Source: Trichosphaerium sp. ATCC 40318 (taxonomy: Eukaryota > Protista > Tubulinea). From it: 64,000 nucleotides of DNA. The DNA is taken from assembly GCA_038496445.1 (NCBI GenBank), contig JALMLS010000453.1:124001-188000 (forward strand), written 5' to 3'. Positions 9,636 to 22,265 of the stretch are shown here, piece by piece. The notes under the pieces are model-generated. The model ran no database searches and was not told the origin of the DNA. It saw only the letters and a list, made by a program, of their open reading frames with translations. The position numbers and the translations under genes were made by a program. The first letter of the stretch is position 1, and each line of letters begins with the position of its first letter.

Positions 9636-12260
9636 TTAGAAATTGAATTCTTCAAGCAAAATATTGGCTGACGGATATTTCAATGTTTTTAGAGACTTCT
9701 GGATAGAATCCATAAAAGCCTCTGGTCCACAAATGTACACAATGCGACTGTTAAAGTCGGGAACATTATCCTTTATCATTTGTGCATCAATCCTCCCAGT
9801 AATTCCTTTCCAATCAGTTTGTGGTTGGCTTGTTGTGATTGTATTGATAACTTTGATAAGTGGACTCCGTTCATTGTATTTCAATAGCTCATCTATGTAT
9901 ATTATATCTTCTTTTGTTCTGTTGGAATTAAGGAGAGCAATATCAACGCTGTTTTGTCTAAAAGAGTGTTAAAAAATAAAACCTCTTTTCAAAAAACTTC
10001 GAAACAGTCGAATAATTCAAGAAAACACATGGTACGAGAACATATAATTATTTGACGTAATCTTTTTGCAACAGCAACAAAACTCTTTTGGTTTTTTTTC
10101 TCTTTGGTAAAAAACAACTTACTTTTGAAGTGATTCCCGTATCATAGCCATAAACGGCGTTATACCAACTCCACCGGCGATAAACAATACCTTCTTAGGT
10201 AACATTTTCCCACCGCTGCTGAGAGTAAAGGTACCGCCAACACCGTTAAGTTTTATCTCCATTCCTTCTTTCATATTTTCAAACAACCAATTCGATATTT
10301 TACCTCCTGGTTTTCTCTTTACAGTAATAGAAATGCCTGATGTCATGCCATCCTATCATGAAATACATAAAAATCACCGGCGATGATACCTTTCTTTGAG
10401 GATCACGTACAGCTTGAGGCATAGAAAGGGTCCATGTGCGAATGTATGTTTTACCATCAACAACAAGTTCAAAAGTAGCATATTGACCAGCTATTCTTTG
10501 AACTACTGCACCATTCCTGTGAGCAAAATTATACGTTTTAACATCTTTTGTTTCTTGTTGAACACCGTTACAGATAATGCTCAAAGAACTAAGTCCATTA
10601 CCACCTTCTTTATCTAAAGAACAGTAAACTTTTTTTTCATCTAAAAGGTAAAGGAACAAAAAAAGTTCGAAAAAAATTATATCTATAGAACTAAATATCA
10701 ATCACAGCGTATTAGATTTCCTGGTTTTTCCCGAGTTGAATATTCAATTTGGAGGAGCAAAGTGTCTCACACAAAGCGTAGAAATCTTACGAAAAAACGA
10801 CAACATTTTACTAAAAGGTTACCGATTTTGTTGCGTACCAGGGACAGCAGGACAATAAGGAGATACACTTATGAATTTCCATTTATATGGCACTGCGCCA
10901 ATAATATGGTTTACATGTTCAACAACGAAGGTAATAGTACGTTGAGCACCTTATTGAAAAGTAATTAGATTGAGTATTGAAAGGGATATAACTTGCTTAC
11001 CAGGCATTGATCTATCATAAAAATCTACAACAGAATAACCAGAGAGTTGAAGTAAATCTCCTTTCTAAAAGAAATTGCGTAAGCTACAATTTAGTGTTCA
11101 ATTTGATAACGAAATATTGGCTTTATGTGCAGCTTGACTTGTCGTACCTCAAAGTCTATGAATAGTATTCCTGTCTTCGGATTCTTCATTATATTACCGA
11201 GTGTATTGAAAAGGTAATTACCGACATAGTCTGGCCACGATATAGTTTTACTGTCACGAACCTACTCCATGTAAGTAAGGAATTAAAAGCACGTGATTGT
11301 TTTTCGCACAGTTATAAACCCTTTGTTTCCGCCTCTATGGTTTATGTCACTACCAGAGGATCTAGCATTATTCTTTCCGTCATAACTCGATGCAAAGTAA
11401 AATGTGTCAGAGTTGGCTATTAATGCCTGCTGGTCTTCGTTCAAAGATGTCCCTTCAACAACCTGTTCAACAAAAAATTAGTTCAACTTAAAAAAAAACT
11501 TGAAAGTCTTACTGATATATCTTCCTCTGGAACATCTTTATATGTCCAAGTTCTCGCTTGAATATACTTAAACACTCAATTAATCATATTAAAACCTCTT
11601 CTTGAAATAAAGCCATCACACTCTTACCCTTGGGCAATTTCCCAAACTTTGATCAACTTCAATATTAAATTTTTTATCATCAAGTCTTGTGACTCTCCCG
11701 TTCATTTTATTCCTTCTTCTAGTGGCAAATTCCATACCTTGATAAAAGCGCTAATAAGCCAACGTAATATTAAATCTAACAGTGTACCTGTCATCCCAAG
11801 TTTCGCCCCGACTTTAAGATTTTTCGCCAATTTGTCATGCTTTATCGGCATTGTATTAAAGACAAGCTCTGTGTTACCACACGCGTCAACTAGATCTATT
11901 GAAGGTATTAGTAGAAGGCTTCAATCTAAAATAAACGTTCTTGGCTTTGGAGGCAATAATGACGCCCAAACTGATCCATTATCATCTACGCTACCAATGA
12001 ATATCAGCGGTTTAGCTCCTAAAGGCGTTTAGCATTTAACTCGTGACATGACGTTGATGATCACGTCAAAATTACCTTGTCCTTTGAAAAAGGCTACGTG
12101 CTGTTCGGGCATTTCCTTGAGCATTATATTGTCACCGACTTTGCCCAAATATTCTTTCAATCCAAACATCCCTTGCATCTCCTTTTATTTGGTTAAAAAC
12201 TAGTACTCTGTAAACACTAACTTGTTCTCCCTCATGCCAAGTGCTAGTAGTAGCCGCCAT
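9636..12260 (-). CDS. Pyridoxamine-5'-phosphate-oxidase-like FMN-binding domains fused to a ferredoxin-reductase-type FAD/NAD(P) oxidoreductase (multi-exon)
   Basis: N-terminal WHEGEQ, MPEQH, GSVDDNGSVWAS, GNCP, HRGGNKGF, WPDYVGNYLFNTLGNI; C-terminal RTWTLS, FIAGGVGITPF, VYICGP..FM, EEFNF*. Confidence 0.85.
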
Positions 12261-12548
12261 GATGATTTGTGGGTCGATACAACGTTAAATACAATTAATA
12301 AAAAACCGGGAACAGTATATTCGAAATTTCCTGCTTGGAGATGGCAGATGCCTATTCAAGACTAGTATAGAATTGAAATATAGTTTCGCTGGAAAGTTCT
12401 TTTTGCGTCTCCGCCAATTTGTCCGCAAAAGTTGTGTACACTTTCTTGTTTAGGCAAGTTCATTCAATTTTTGTAGAATATATAAACTCGATTGAGTGCA
12501 CTTTTACTCAGTGGAATACGACCCGTTTCTAACCCATTCAATAATACA

Positions 12549-12871
12549 ATGGAAATTATAGGCGGAGATATTATTGACCAAGGCACGTGTGAGTTTAGCG
12601 CCAATTTTACCGAATACTAGGTAGTGTAAATGAAATTATAAATAAGAATTCAAACGTACCAACATCAATCACGGTTTTTTGTATTTCCAACACTTTACTG
12701 GCAAGCGAGAAAATGTTGCAAACTTATGTCAAGACAAAGCAATTAATTGAAATGGAGGCAGACATGAAGCTTCAAATAGAGAATCAGGTTCCTGAATTGG
12801 AGCGAGCAATAGTCGAGATACAAACAGAGTGGCAAGAATTACAAGCAAAATGTCAATTTATACAGAAATAA
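12549..12871 (+). CDS. Small coiled-coil protein (spliced; 5' structure uncertain)
   Basis: Open helical exon EKMLQTYVKTKQLIEMEADMKLQIENQVPELERAIVEIQTEWQELQAKCQFIQK* preceded by intron-like sequence and an upstream ATG. Confidence 0.35.
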
Positions 12872-12878
12872 CAGCGCT

Positions 12879-15177
12879 TCACTGCTGGTTTATTGTTACA
12901 CTGTTTATACTCATATGCTTGGAAATGCGCACACTTGTAGCGTTTGTTTTTGTATCTACAGTTATAGGGTCTATACTAGTACCAACAAGACTCGATTTCA
13001 TCCGTAAACCAACCATCTTATACAATGCTTTAATGTCGTCAAGAAAGGCCTTGATAACTAAAAAGCAAGTGAGTTAAATTGATAGACGATCAAGATTAAC
13101 ACGTACCTAAGCACCCCAGAAACAGAATAAGAGGCCTTGAGAAAACATTAAACATACCCCAAACCGTATGCCACCATGGCGGAATTAGTTCCCATTCTAG
13201 GTTGTATCTAATGTTAACACGTGTTTTTTGAACAGTTTTTTTTTCTTCAATACTTACCACATTGTCCAGGAGTTGCACGTTCGCATTCAACCCACTCATA
13301 GAAAGTTTCACCAGCTCGTTTATCTGAATATGTTGATGTTTTTATAGTTAATGCTCCAGACACGAGAGAGAAATATATAAATACCACCATCCATACAATT
13401 AATACTGCTTGGCTCCTAATAAACCTCAACTTTGAATTGACTTGATGCTTTCCGGCTATTTTCACAAGAGACATGTAATTCTAAGTATAACACTCAGCAA
13501 CATTGTAGTACTATCTGCGTACCTTGCTGACAAGAGCAGCAAAAAGAATTATCCCAATAGAGCCAACTATACCAACAAAGAGTACAGTGACTGATAACGC
13601 GATATTCATTTCTTGTGAATTACTAAGAACTAACAATCTGTTAGTTTACGCACGTTCAAACAAAGTTTTCGTTTGTGGCTATAGCTTATATTCTTACCAA
13701 AGCAATGAGATGCTAGTACGAAAGAAGATCCAAAGTTTTTTCTGACAAGAAAGTATATATCCATTGAAATAACAATAATCCATGGGATTATAACAAAAGC
13801 AATTCTAAACCAACGTAAGATATTATGTAGTGTTTTTGTTATGGCAACAATAAGCGTACTGTATATATTTGTGTGGAGGCTTCTTGTTCCTGAACGTGTA
13901 AATCATGCCGTAAACCCACATGAGAAAGGTGTAATTGGATAGTTCCAAAAAGTGGAAAAGCCACAATCCTTATACAAAATTTGTTAACGAATAGAAAACA
14001 AAACCAAATATACCTTGTATAGTGCATAAGGCAGAGTCTCTTTGTCTGTTTGATACTTCGCTATTCAGACACACAAGGTTTCTAGGATTACTAAATAAAC
14101 TAGGAAGATAACCGAGAATACTCAACCACGTGTACCTCAAAACAGACGTAAATAATACTAAGAAAGAAAAATAGAAACTTACCATATCAACAATGCATGA
14201 AGTGAAAGAGGAAACTTGTTCTTCAAGGCGACGCGAGTTGAAACAATAACAGCGAATAATCCAATTATCATTGAAACGGGAGCAAACACGTACACAAGCT
14301 GAGAAGGAAGCAAATCAATCAATTTCAGTTTAATTGAAAACTATGACTTACTATAAGCTCTACTTTAGCCGCACCGTCATGATGGAATCGTGGTAAGCAC
14401 CCAAAACCACATAATCCATCAAATCCTTTTTCATGATCTTCGTTAAATCCCATTGGAAATACACAATCTGTTGTTAAAGTCTGTGGTCTTTCAGTATTGC
14501 AATTTGGTCTGTCTGCGAAGTCGGGTATTGAAACTAGCCAAAGAAATTAGTATTTATGTTACCGAGTGATTATTGTACAAGACAATGCACTTGTAACGCT
14601 TGAACAATTAGTCAATGAACTAGCTGCTTCTTCTCCAAAGGTATCTATGAGACATGTATTAAGATCTTGGCATACATCTCTACAGATTGGCATCGGCCAC
14701 GGTATGTTGTCTAAAAACAATTTTAGCGATTATCGTTAAACTATTTAACCATTTACCTGTACATCGCCTGTATACGCTCTTACAGGTAACCTCTTTGAAC
14801 AAGCTACCACACCTTAAATATTTTTTGAGCAAATTGAGGATTTAATTATCACGTGATTCAAGGAGAAATTTCTGCACGGTAAATTTCCAAAACCTCTTTT
14901 TAACGCTGATAGGAATGATCCGGAGGTTGGTGGCGTACCGTTTCGATAAAAACGAAATATCTGATACTGAACTTCCGAAAGTGTTACTATAGTACTCATC
15001 TAATGCTTTTGTAGTGACATTCGGCGGAAGTATAAATAAATATTCATCAGAGAACCCACACAGATTGTTTGTTTGGTTTACACTGACGCATTCAAATGCA
15101 AAACACGTGTTTATTGTTTCGAACGTAAATAGGAGAAACAACACTCCCCAAACCATGGTTTTTTCCTTTTTGAACAA
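12879..15177 (-). CDS. Frizzled/Smoothened-like GPCR (signal peptide, Cys-rich extracellular domain, 7TM; multi-exon)
   Basis: Signal peptide; Frizzled-CRD-like PWPMPICRDVCQD; CVFP, several hydrophobic TM exons, C..QG and a FYEWVEC loop, as in amoebozoan Fsl receptors. Confidence 0.7.
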
Positions 15178-15330
15178 ATGACAGTTTGCCCGCTGTGTGT
15201 CAAACCAAAATATACCGAAAGGTAGAACAATCCCAGTGTAGTTTGTTTGTGACTAACTACACTTTCAGCCTTTTTAGCTAAGCACTTAACATGTTTAAGG
15301 CAGCTTGTGTACAGCCACAAATGAAGCATA

Positions 15331-15354
15331 GAGAATTTTTCGCTAAGCAGTTGA
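15331..15354 (+). mobile_element. Solo, diverged copy of the 6972-7777 element terminus
   Basis: TA|GAGAATTTTTCGCTAAGCAGTTGA has 3 mismatches to the 24-bp TIR and is also preceded by TA; no partner end found. Confidence 0.6.
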
Positions 15355-15852
15355 ACGTGCTATGGTGTAAGCACTACATGCTTTGAGTCTACACTTCCTC
15401 CTAGCGGTACACAACACTACACTCTTTAGATCAGATGGACGTCATAAGCCTTATTGTGCGTGATTCGTTTTCTGTAGACTTGTTAGAAATAATGAATGTA
15501 CTACTTGTACATACAACCTTTTATCATGCTGTCACACTACTAAAAGCTTTGTAATATTGTCATAGCTATTGAATGAGTCACTCTTAGTCGGCACATTGTG
15601 GTTTTTTTATTCACAAAGCACACAGCATCAAGAGTCAAATGTAATACTACGGCGCATATTCTACGAGTTTCTATGGTCACAAAACGTCGCCTCCCAATAA
15701 ACAGCCACAACCCTTTAAGGGCGTAAACTAACATTGGTTCAAAATTACCTAGCGAAAGTAGTTTCGCAGTTCTGGACTATAGAACTTTTGTTAAAAGTAC
15801 AAGATCGTTCTAGCCTAGACTTGCTGCCATGAATAACAAAGCTGTGGTATTA

Positions 15853-17016
15853 CTACCTCTTATTTTTGAAAGGAGAACTAAGGCCATTGTTCACAACACT
15901 TATACCCAATGATCTAATACAACCCTTTGTAATTCTACACCCTGCGATGTTAATATATTTAAGAGATGTCAATTGTTTCAAGCAATCATCTGTAATATTC
16001 TTACAATACCAAAGAACGAGATGTTCCAGATTGACCAACTTCTTTAATCCCAAGTCTGTGATATTATTGCAATCCCAAAGAAACAGTTGCTTAAGATTAA
16101 CCAAATTCTTGATTCCTTCATTTGTGAATGTCTGACGGACCAAAATAAGTGTTTCGAGATTAGTCAGATACTTCAATGCATCATCTGTTATTCTTGTCGA
16201 AAAGCCTTGTAATTTGAGGTACCTTAGGTTTGATAAGTACTTTAATACTGATCCATTGATACGCCTACATGATAAAATATCAATACGAACAAGACTGACC
16301 AAGTGTTTCAAACTCTTGTCTGTTATCTTGTTGCAACAACTAAGCTCTAAGTGTTTGACTTTTGTCAATGGTTTGAATCCTTCAGTTGTAATACAATTCC
16401 CTTTGACAATCGTAAGTGAATGGACGTTGTCAAGGTGTTTTATCCAAGAGTCAGGTGGATTAAAAAGAGAAATTGTGTGGACATCTTTGAGTGCTTTGAT
16501 TCCTTCTTCGCTGATACAAAAGCAAGAGGTAATGTTAATCGTGTGTACAGTGCTCAATGCCTTTAATGAAACATCGGTTACGGCTGTACACGCCAAGTCG
16601 ATTGTATGAATGCTGTGTTGTCCGTTTCGCACTAAAGCAAGGATACCTTCATCTGTTATGTTTGAAGAGCGCAAACGTATTGTGCGAACACCAGAAAGAC
16701 ACGCCAAGTCATGTGCTGATAATTTGAGCTGATAACAAGTAATTTTAGTATTTCGAAGTAACGGACTATCTTTTAACACGTGACAATCTGTTGGGTATTT
16801 CAATTTGATCTCAACAAAGCCAATGTTACTGCGAATAATGTCTTTAAACAAGTGAGACACTGCACAAGCTGTAATAAGCTGTCCTCTACTTAAATAGTGA
16901 AGAATAAACGTTAGTGTCTCTGGTGGAAGCTGTGCGCATAAATTGGTTTGTTTTATCTCTGTTACATGACGTTTTGACATTGGAGGTTGTGTATTGTCAC
17001 ATGAAAATAATGTCAC
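15853..17016 (-). CDS. F-box + leucine-rich-repeat protein (intronless)
   Basis: F-box LPPETLTFILHYL...ACAVSHLF; Cys-containing LRRs (L..C..ITD..LK.L). The listed start is GTG; first ATG is at MSKRH. Confidence 0.85.
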   Translation of the reverse strand: MTLFSCDNTQPPMSKRHVTEIKQTNLCAQLPPETLTFILHYLSRGQLITACAVSHLFKDIIRSNIGFVEIKLKYPTDCHVLKDSPLLRNTKITCYQLKLSAHDLACLSGVRTIRLRSSNITDEGILALVRNGQHSIHTIDLACTAVTDVSLKALSTVHTINITSCFCISEEGIKALKDVHTISLFNPPDSWIKHLDNVHSLTIVKGNCITTEGFKPLTKVKHLELSCCNKITDKSLKHLVSLVRIDILSCRRINGSVLKYLSNLRYLKLQGFSTRITDDALKYLTNLETLILVRQTFTNEGIKNLVNLKQLFLWDCNNITDLGLKKLVNLEHLVLWYCKNITDDCLKQLTSLKYINIAGCRITKGCIRSLGISVVNNGLSSPFKNKR

Positions 17017-17370
17017 GATTTGAGGTTAAGTAATAGCTTCATTGACTGACTTAAATTCTTGTGAGTACAACAGTTCCTCCTGGATAATAGCGTAAACGTT
17101 TAGGCTAGATACTGTAACAAACATTTGGAGTATTTAATCTTAATTGTATTTTTCACAACAATAGATGGTGTAGTTTTGTAAGTCACCGAACCAGTGCAAA
17201 GGTGAGTCGAAAGTCTGTTTCTTGTAGTTGTTTAATAACGCCGGTTGACATCAACGGAATTGTGCTTTTACAAATAATACATGATTGAACTTCAGTAAAG
17301 ACCTTGCGCAACCAGAATAAAAATATATGTACACGGGTTTTTTATTTGCTAGAATTGCCAGTATTATTTT

Positions 17371-20300
17371 TTACATTACATTCAACTTGATTGTTGTTTG
17401 CCTCTTAAATATAAAAAGTTTGTCTGTCCTTTTTAACTTTTCTTTACGTTTGGGACACGTTATAACCATTGTATTATCACCTACTGTTCTAAAAATAGCA
17501 ATAGGTACAACACCTTTTGTGCCAAGTGCTAAATCTTGAAAGCAAGAAAGAAAAGATTGTCCCTATAACATTTGTTTGTAAGCTCACCTACTCGTCATTT
17601 TCTAGTATTTAAGTTTCACGTACTATTGAATCTTTTGGTACAGGTATGACGTGAATATTTGTTCTGTTTATTGAGCCACCATTTAACCCGATAATCATAC
17701 TGAAAGAAAAACAAGAGTTAAGAAAAAAAGAAGAAAAAAAAAAGGATTGCTTTACCTTATTACAACATCAACATGGCGATCAAAGAAAGCCTAAAAACCA
17801 ACTATGAGAATGTTTCTACTTTGTAAACCAATGTAATACCTTTACTAGCAAAGAGTCTATAACTGTAGATACGAAAATATCACCACCTTTTTATTTGTTA
17901 GTGGAGGCAATAACTTTTGTTCTTTGTACCTGTATAACTTGGACTTAACTTAGGTTCAATATTCTCTGTACGTCTTTGTGTGAATGAGTCTATAAGCCTT
18001 GTAGATAAAAGAGACTGTAGATCCATTACAATCCTACAAGTAGGATACCAGTGCTTTTAGGTAACAGTTAGGGATGTCAAAACCCAACTATACTTTCGTA
18101 CTTTTAAATAAATAGCAATGGTTGTGTGTTTATCAACTTCAACCTTATCTTCTATCCTACTCATTATAACCACTGCCCGCGCTAATTATAAATGTAAGCA
18201 TTCACAATACAAAACCCTAGGAACTTACAAGATTTTGTGTGACAGGCACGCCAACTGTCCCAGTGAAGAGGTGAACCCTATGGAAGGTTATGGTAATTTT
18301 TTGAAACATTTGACTACCTTGTGATAAAACACGTTTGGAAATATACCGATCTTCTGCCACCAATCCTCACTTGGTTCATGTGGACATAGTATGATAATCT
18401 TTGGCTTTTTAGTAAGTGCTCTATGCCTTAATACAGAGTAAGGTTACGTAAACTAAACAAAAAAAACAACTTACCTTAGTGGTGCAATAAAATGAAGTAA
18501 CTCTTTGATTTTCCAAACCTCACCAGTAACAATAACGTGGCCTTTCATTTTATAATCAGCGGAAGCATTAGTTACATCTAAATAAACATTAAATAAGCAC
18601 AGCTTTAGGTGAATGATATCACGTGCTAAGAGCGTACTCTGAGTTTTTCCTTTTTTCTTTTTCTTTAAAGCATCATTTTTCATTTTAAGAAAGTCGTTAA
18701 GTTTTGACTCTTTTAGAGTTCTTGGTGTATCTAAATGCATATAATCTTCGTGAGACTCTGAATCAGATCGTAAATAACAGTGAGAGTATAACATATGCTC
18801 TTTGGATTCAATAAAAGGCGTGTCTCCCCTAAAATTGAAAGCGTTAAAAATATATTCATCTGAAAAAAATAAGAAAGTACATTGAAACTCTTCTTGAGGC
18901 ATAAGAATCTCTTTCGTTTTCTGCAACATTTCCTCCTCTCTTAAGTATTTTATCGTATATTTTTTTACTTCTAGCAATAACAAATCCATGCTGTCCAGTA
19001 CGCACAGTAAACTAATATAAATATAAATACAACTCCATAAAAGCCAACTGTACATTTACGCCAGGGTTAAGCAAGATAGGCCTGACGTCCCCTTCAGCAT
19101 CAGCCTTTTTTGTGGTCAGAGCAGTAAATTTACTATATAATGTACCTCTATGGCAAACAAAATAACTTGAAACTTCTCGTAGAACTCATATACAGCTTCG
19201 GGAAATGGAATATAAGTAGCTTCAGGAATTCTATTGTAAAAAACCTATTAGCATCTAAATAAAAAAACATAGTACTAACCTTATTCGATAAATCCCAAAG
19301 TCAACACCATCAACTATGCAAATGTAAGTACACTGATAGTTATTACACCAATAAGGTACTTACCATACGGCTCTAGCTCTGGATTTTCACCCAAAACATA
19401 CTTAATATCAGCATACTTGCTTATCACATCAGGCAAAATTAACGTCGATATCATAGAAGCAAATCCTGGTAACAAGACTGACTTTGCGAGAGTTCCCTAT
19501 GCATTCCTTACGTTAAAACAAACTGTTATAACAATCTTATACTTACGTATCGAAGCTCATCAACACAAATACACCAAACGTTAGCTAGTGTACTCAACAT
19601 TTCCTAGAAATTATAAGCCTTAAAAAATAGATCTTACTATCCGAGGTTACCCTTGTTTCTGGTTTGTGGACTTGACAATACACTTGCGTCTTCGATTTTT
19701 CCCATTTAATAGATAACACAGTCATTAGAGTTCCTGAGACAAAAAGAAGTTAATTTTTCAAAAGTGTTCGAAGGCAGTACGTTGGTCTTCTTCATCGACA
19801 TCTTCTGCGTGTAAATCACAAAATACAAAACAAGCTTGTGCCGTCTCAATTTTTACCCGCAATAAATCACGTGCGTTCTTAAAGAATACTGGTTAAGGAA
19901 ATATTTTGATTGTTGAGTACCATTGGAGAACCATGAAGAAGGTTCATCTTTTCCTTATGTCGTTTATGCAAAAGGCTACCACCTGTAATAGATGCCAATG
20001 TTTTATCAACGCTCAAGTCATCTTTAGCAGATAATACAACTACTCTGTAGTGATGACGCCCGTAAACCTAGTTGAGTATCCAATGAGTAAAAGAACTTTT
20101 ATTGAAAGTATAATCAGCGTACTTCATGAAAAAAGTTGTTAAAAAAGTGCGCAACTGCTTCTTCATCAAGACTTCCTGTAACGATGACATGAGGCCCAGC
20201 TCCTCTAAACTTCCTTTGTGACCTCCTAAAACAAATTTATAAGCATCTTTACAAACAACAATCAAAAACTATTCGACTTTAATCACGTGCCTTAAATGTT

Positions 20301-21739
20301 CATGACTATGAAGCATATTATTAAAATAGTATGCTTGTGCTGATACAAGAACAATAGCACTTATGATCAATGCCATCATAACAACTTGGCCCTATGTTAA
20401 AAGTCAACAATACTGTTAACGCTATAAAATGCCGATAACTAAATAGAATTGTCTCACGTACAAGTGTCGTTTTAGGTGCATGGTCACCGTATCCTAAAAG
20501 AATTATTTGTATGCTCCAAATAAGATTTTATGTATACCAACTGTTGTGAAAGTAACAACAACAAAGTAAAGAGCAGTATGCCAGTTTTCGAATTCTTCTG
20601 GTTCAATGAGAAGCATTATGCTTGATCCGACATAGAACTAAGGAAGTACAAGATTATGAAACAAACTAGAACGATAAAAAAACTTACCAAACCGACAATA
20701 GAGCTGACCAAATACACAAATAACCTGTAGTCGTTGTTGGCTTCATAAAATTTTAGTATGTATTGTTATACTTGTGTGAGGTTACCTATAAGCAAGTTGA
20801 ATGTCCTCAAAAGCCTCAATACCCGCACAAGCGCTGTTCAAAAAAGGTTAATATTCTGAACATAAAAAAATGTTAGACAACGTGCCCAACGCTCTCAATG
20901 CACTATATGATAGTATTAGATACACAACAAACGAAAATATAAACATACCGAACAAACCCAAGACTATAGGAACCAAAGAAAATAGGAACAATAGATACAT
21001 AGTCAATTATAGCTCCATAAGAATAACTGTACTCAATCCTATTTAACAAAATTATACGGTTAGTTGTTAAAAATCACAAAGGATAAACGGTTATCTCACC
21101 TGTTTTTGGCAAGGTAGAAGTATAGTATAAAGTAGCATATAAAAGTACCAGCAAAGATGTAATCCTATAGAACTTACTTTAGCGAAGAAAACAGTAACAC
21201 AACATTTTCAAAAAACTAAGAAGAAAAAAAACGTGCCAGAGTTTTAACCCACGTGGGGATGTGGTGGCTATCATAATACGTTGAAACTACATAAAGAACA
21301 GACCAGCTTATTTAAAGTGAGATAATAAAGACAAAGTGCACAGCGTACGCGAAACTTAACAATCCTTGAATGACTTCCTAAACGGAGATATATTACTGAT
21401 TAGGTTTTTTGAGTTGCTATTATTTTGTGAACAGTTGGTTGTTCGTTTTTTTGCTTCTCGTACGATTGTTTGGAGTATACCACGCTTAATAAGCCACATG
21501 GCTACCTTTCCACGCCTTGTAAGGTATTCTTTGTTAAAAACCTTCAATTCCAGCGCGAGTTCAGCATCTTCTTCTTGGTGTATACGCCTATGCTGTGCGT
21601 GTTCTTTTGCAGCCGAGTCGAACGGTTCAAACGACATTCTGCTTGAACGTAACGCATTTGTCATCTCTATCCGCTCAGTTCGCTTGTGTTTGCTGGATTT
21701 GGTCGAAGAAGTAATAGACGCTACTGGAGAGACTGCCAT
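17371..21739 (-). CDS. Slo/BK-type (Ca2+-activated) potassium channel with RCK domains, ~20+ exons
   Basis: Spliced S1 SVLYVVSTY; S4 RALRALALVRVLRLLR; pore LYFVVVTFTTVGYGD; RCK motifs HVIVTG, GSPM..DLLRV and KGHVIVTG. Confidence 0.85.
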
Positions 21740-22265
21740 TTTACCGTTGGCTTGCGTATAGCAAGATTACGCGATTGTTATCTTAACGACGCGTTTTTGA
21801 AGCAGTCAAAAAGTGTACTAATTAAACAATAAAATAGTTTAACGACGAAAATATTTGGTTGATTATTTTTGCGGAAGAATATTCTTGGTAGGTCAAGGCG
21901 GTGAGTCACGATTTACAGTCATTCACACAAACGTAAACAAAGTAGTCAGCATCAAGAGGTCTATTAGACAAATTTTCTTCTTATTGGTACGCCTAATCAT
22001 CTAATTCGTCTCAAAGTTCTTTTGATGAGGTTGCGGCGTTGTAGAAACAAGTGTGGTAGCTTTCTTTTTTCAGCGGGCCTTATGTTAAAGTGTTACTTCC
22101 CACGTCATCACCTACAATTGTAGTACTCGTGTAGAACACTGTTAAATCATTCCCGCTCCTGATCTCCTGCTTACAATTAATTTACACCAAATTATCTCTT
22201 TTACCACGCCTACGCTCCTACGCACCAATATTGCGATTATTGAAGCACTGATAGATTCTAGAAAA

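Noticed and set aside
15331-17070. F-box/LRR gene captured between TIRs (Pack-type element)
   Set aside because: Only a left terminus is convincing. Similar strings at ~15781 and ~33247 are short and degenerate, and no matching right end or TSD was found.
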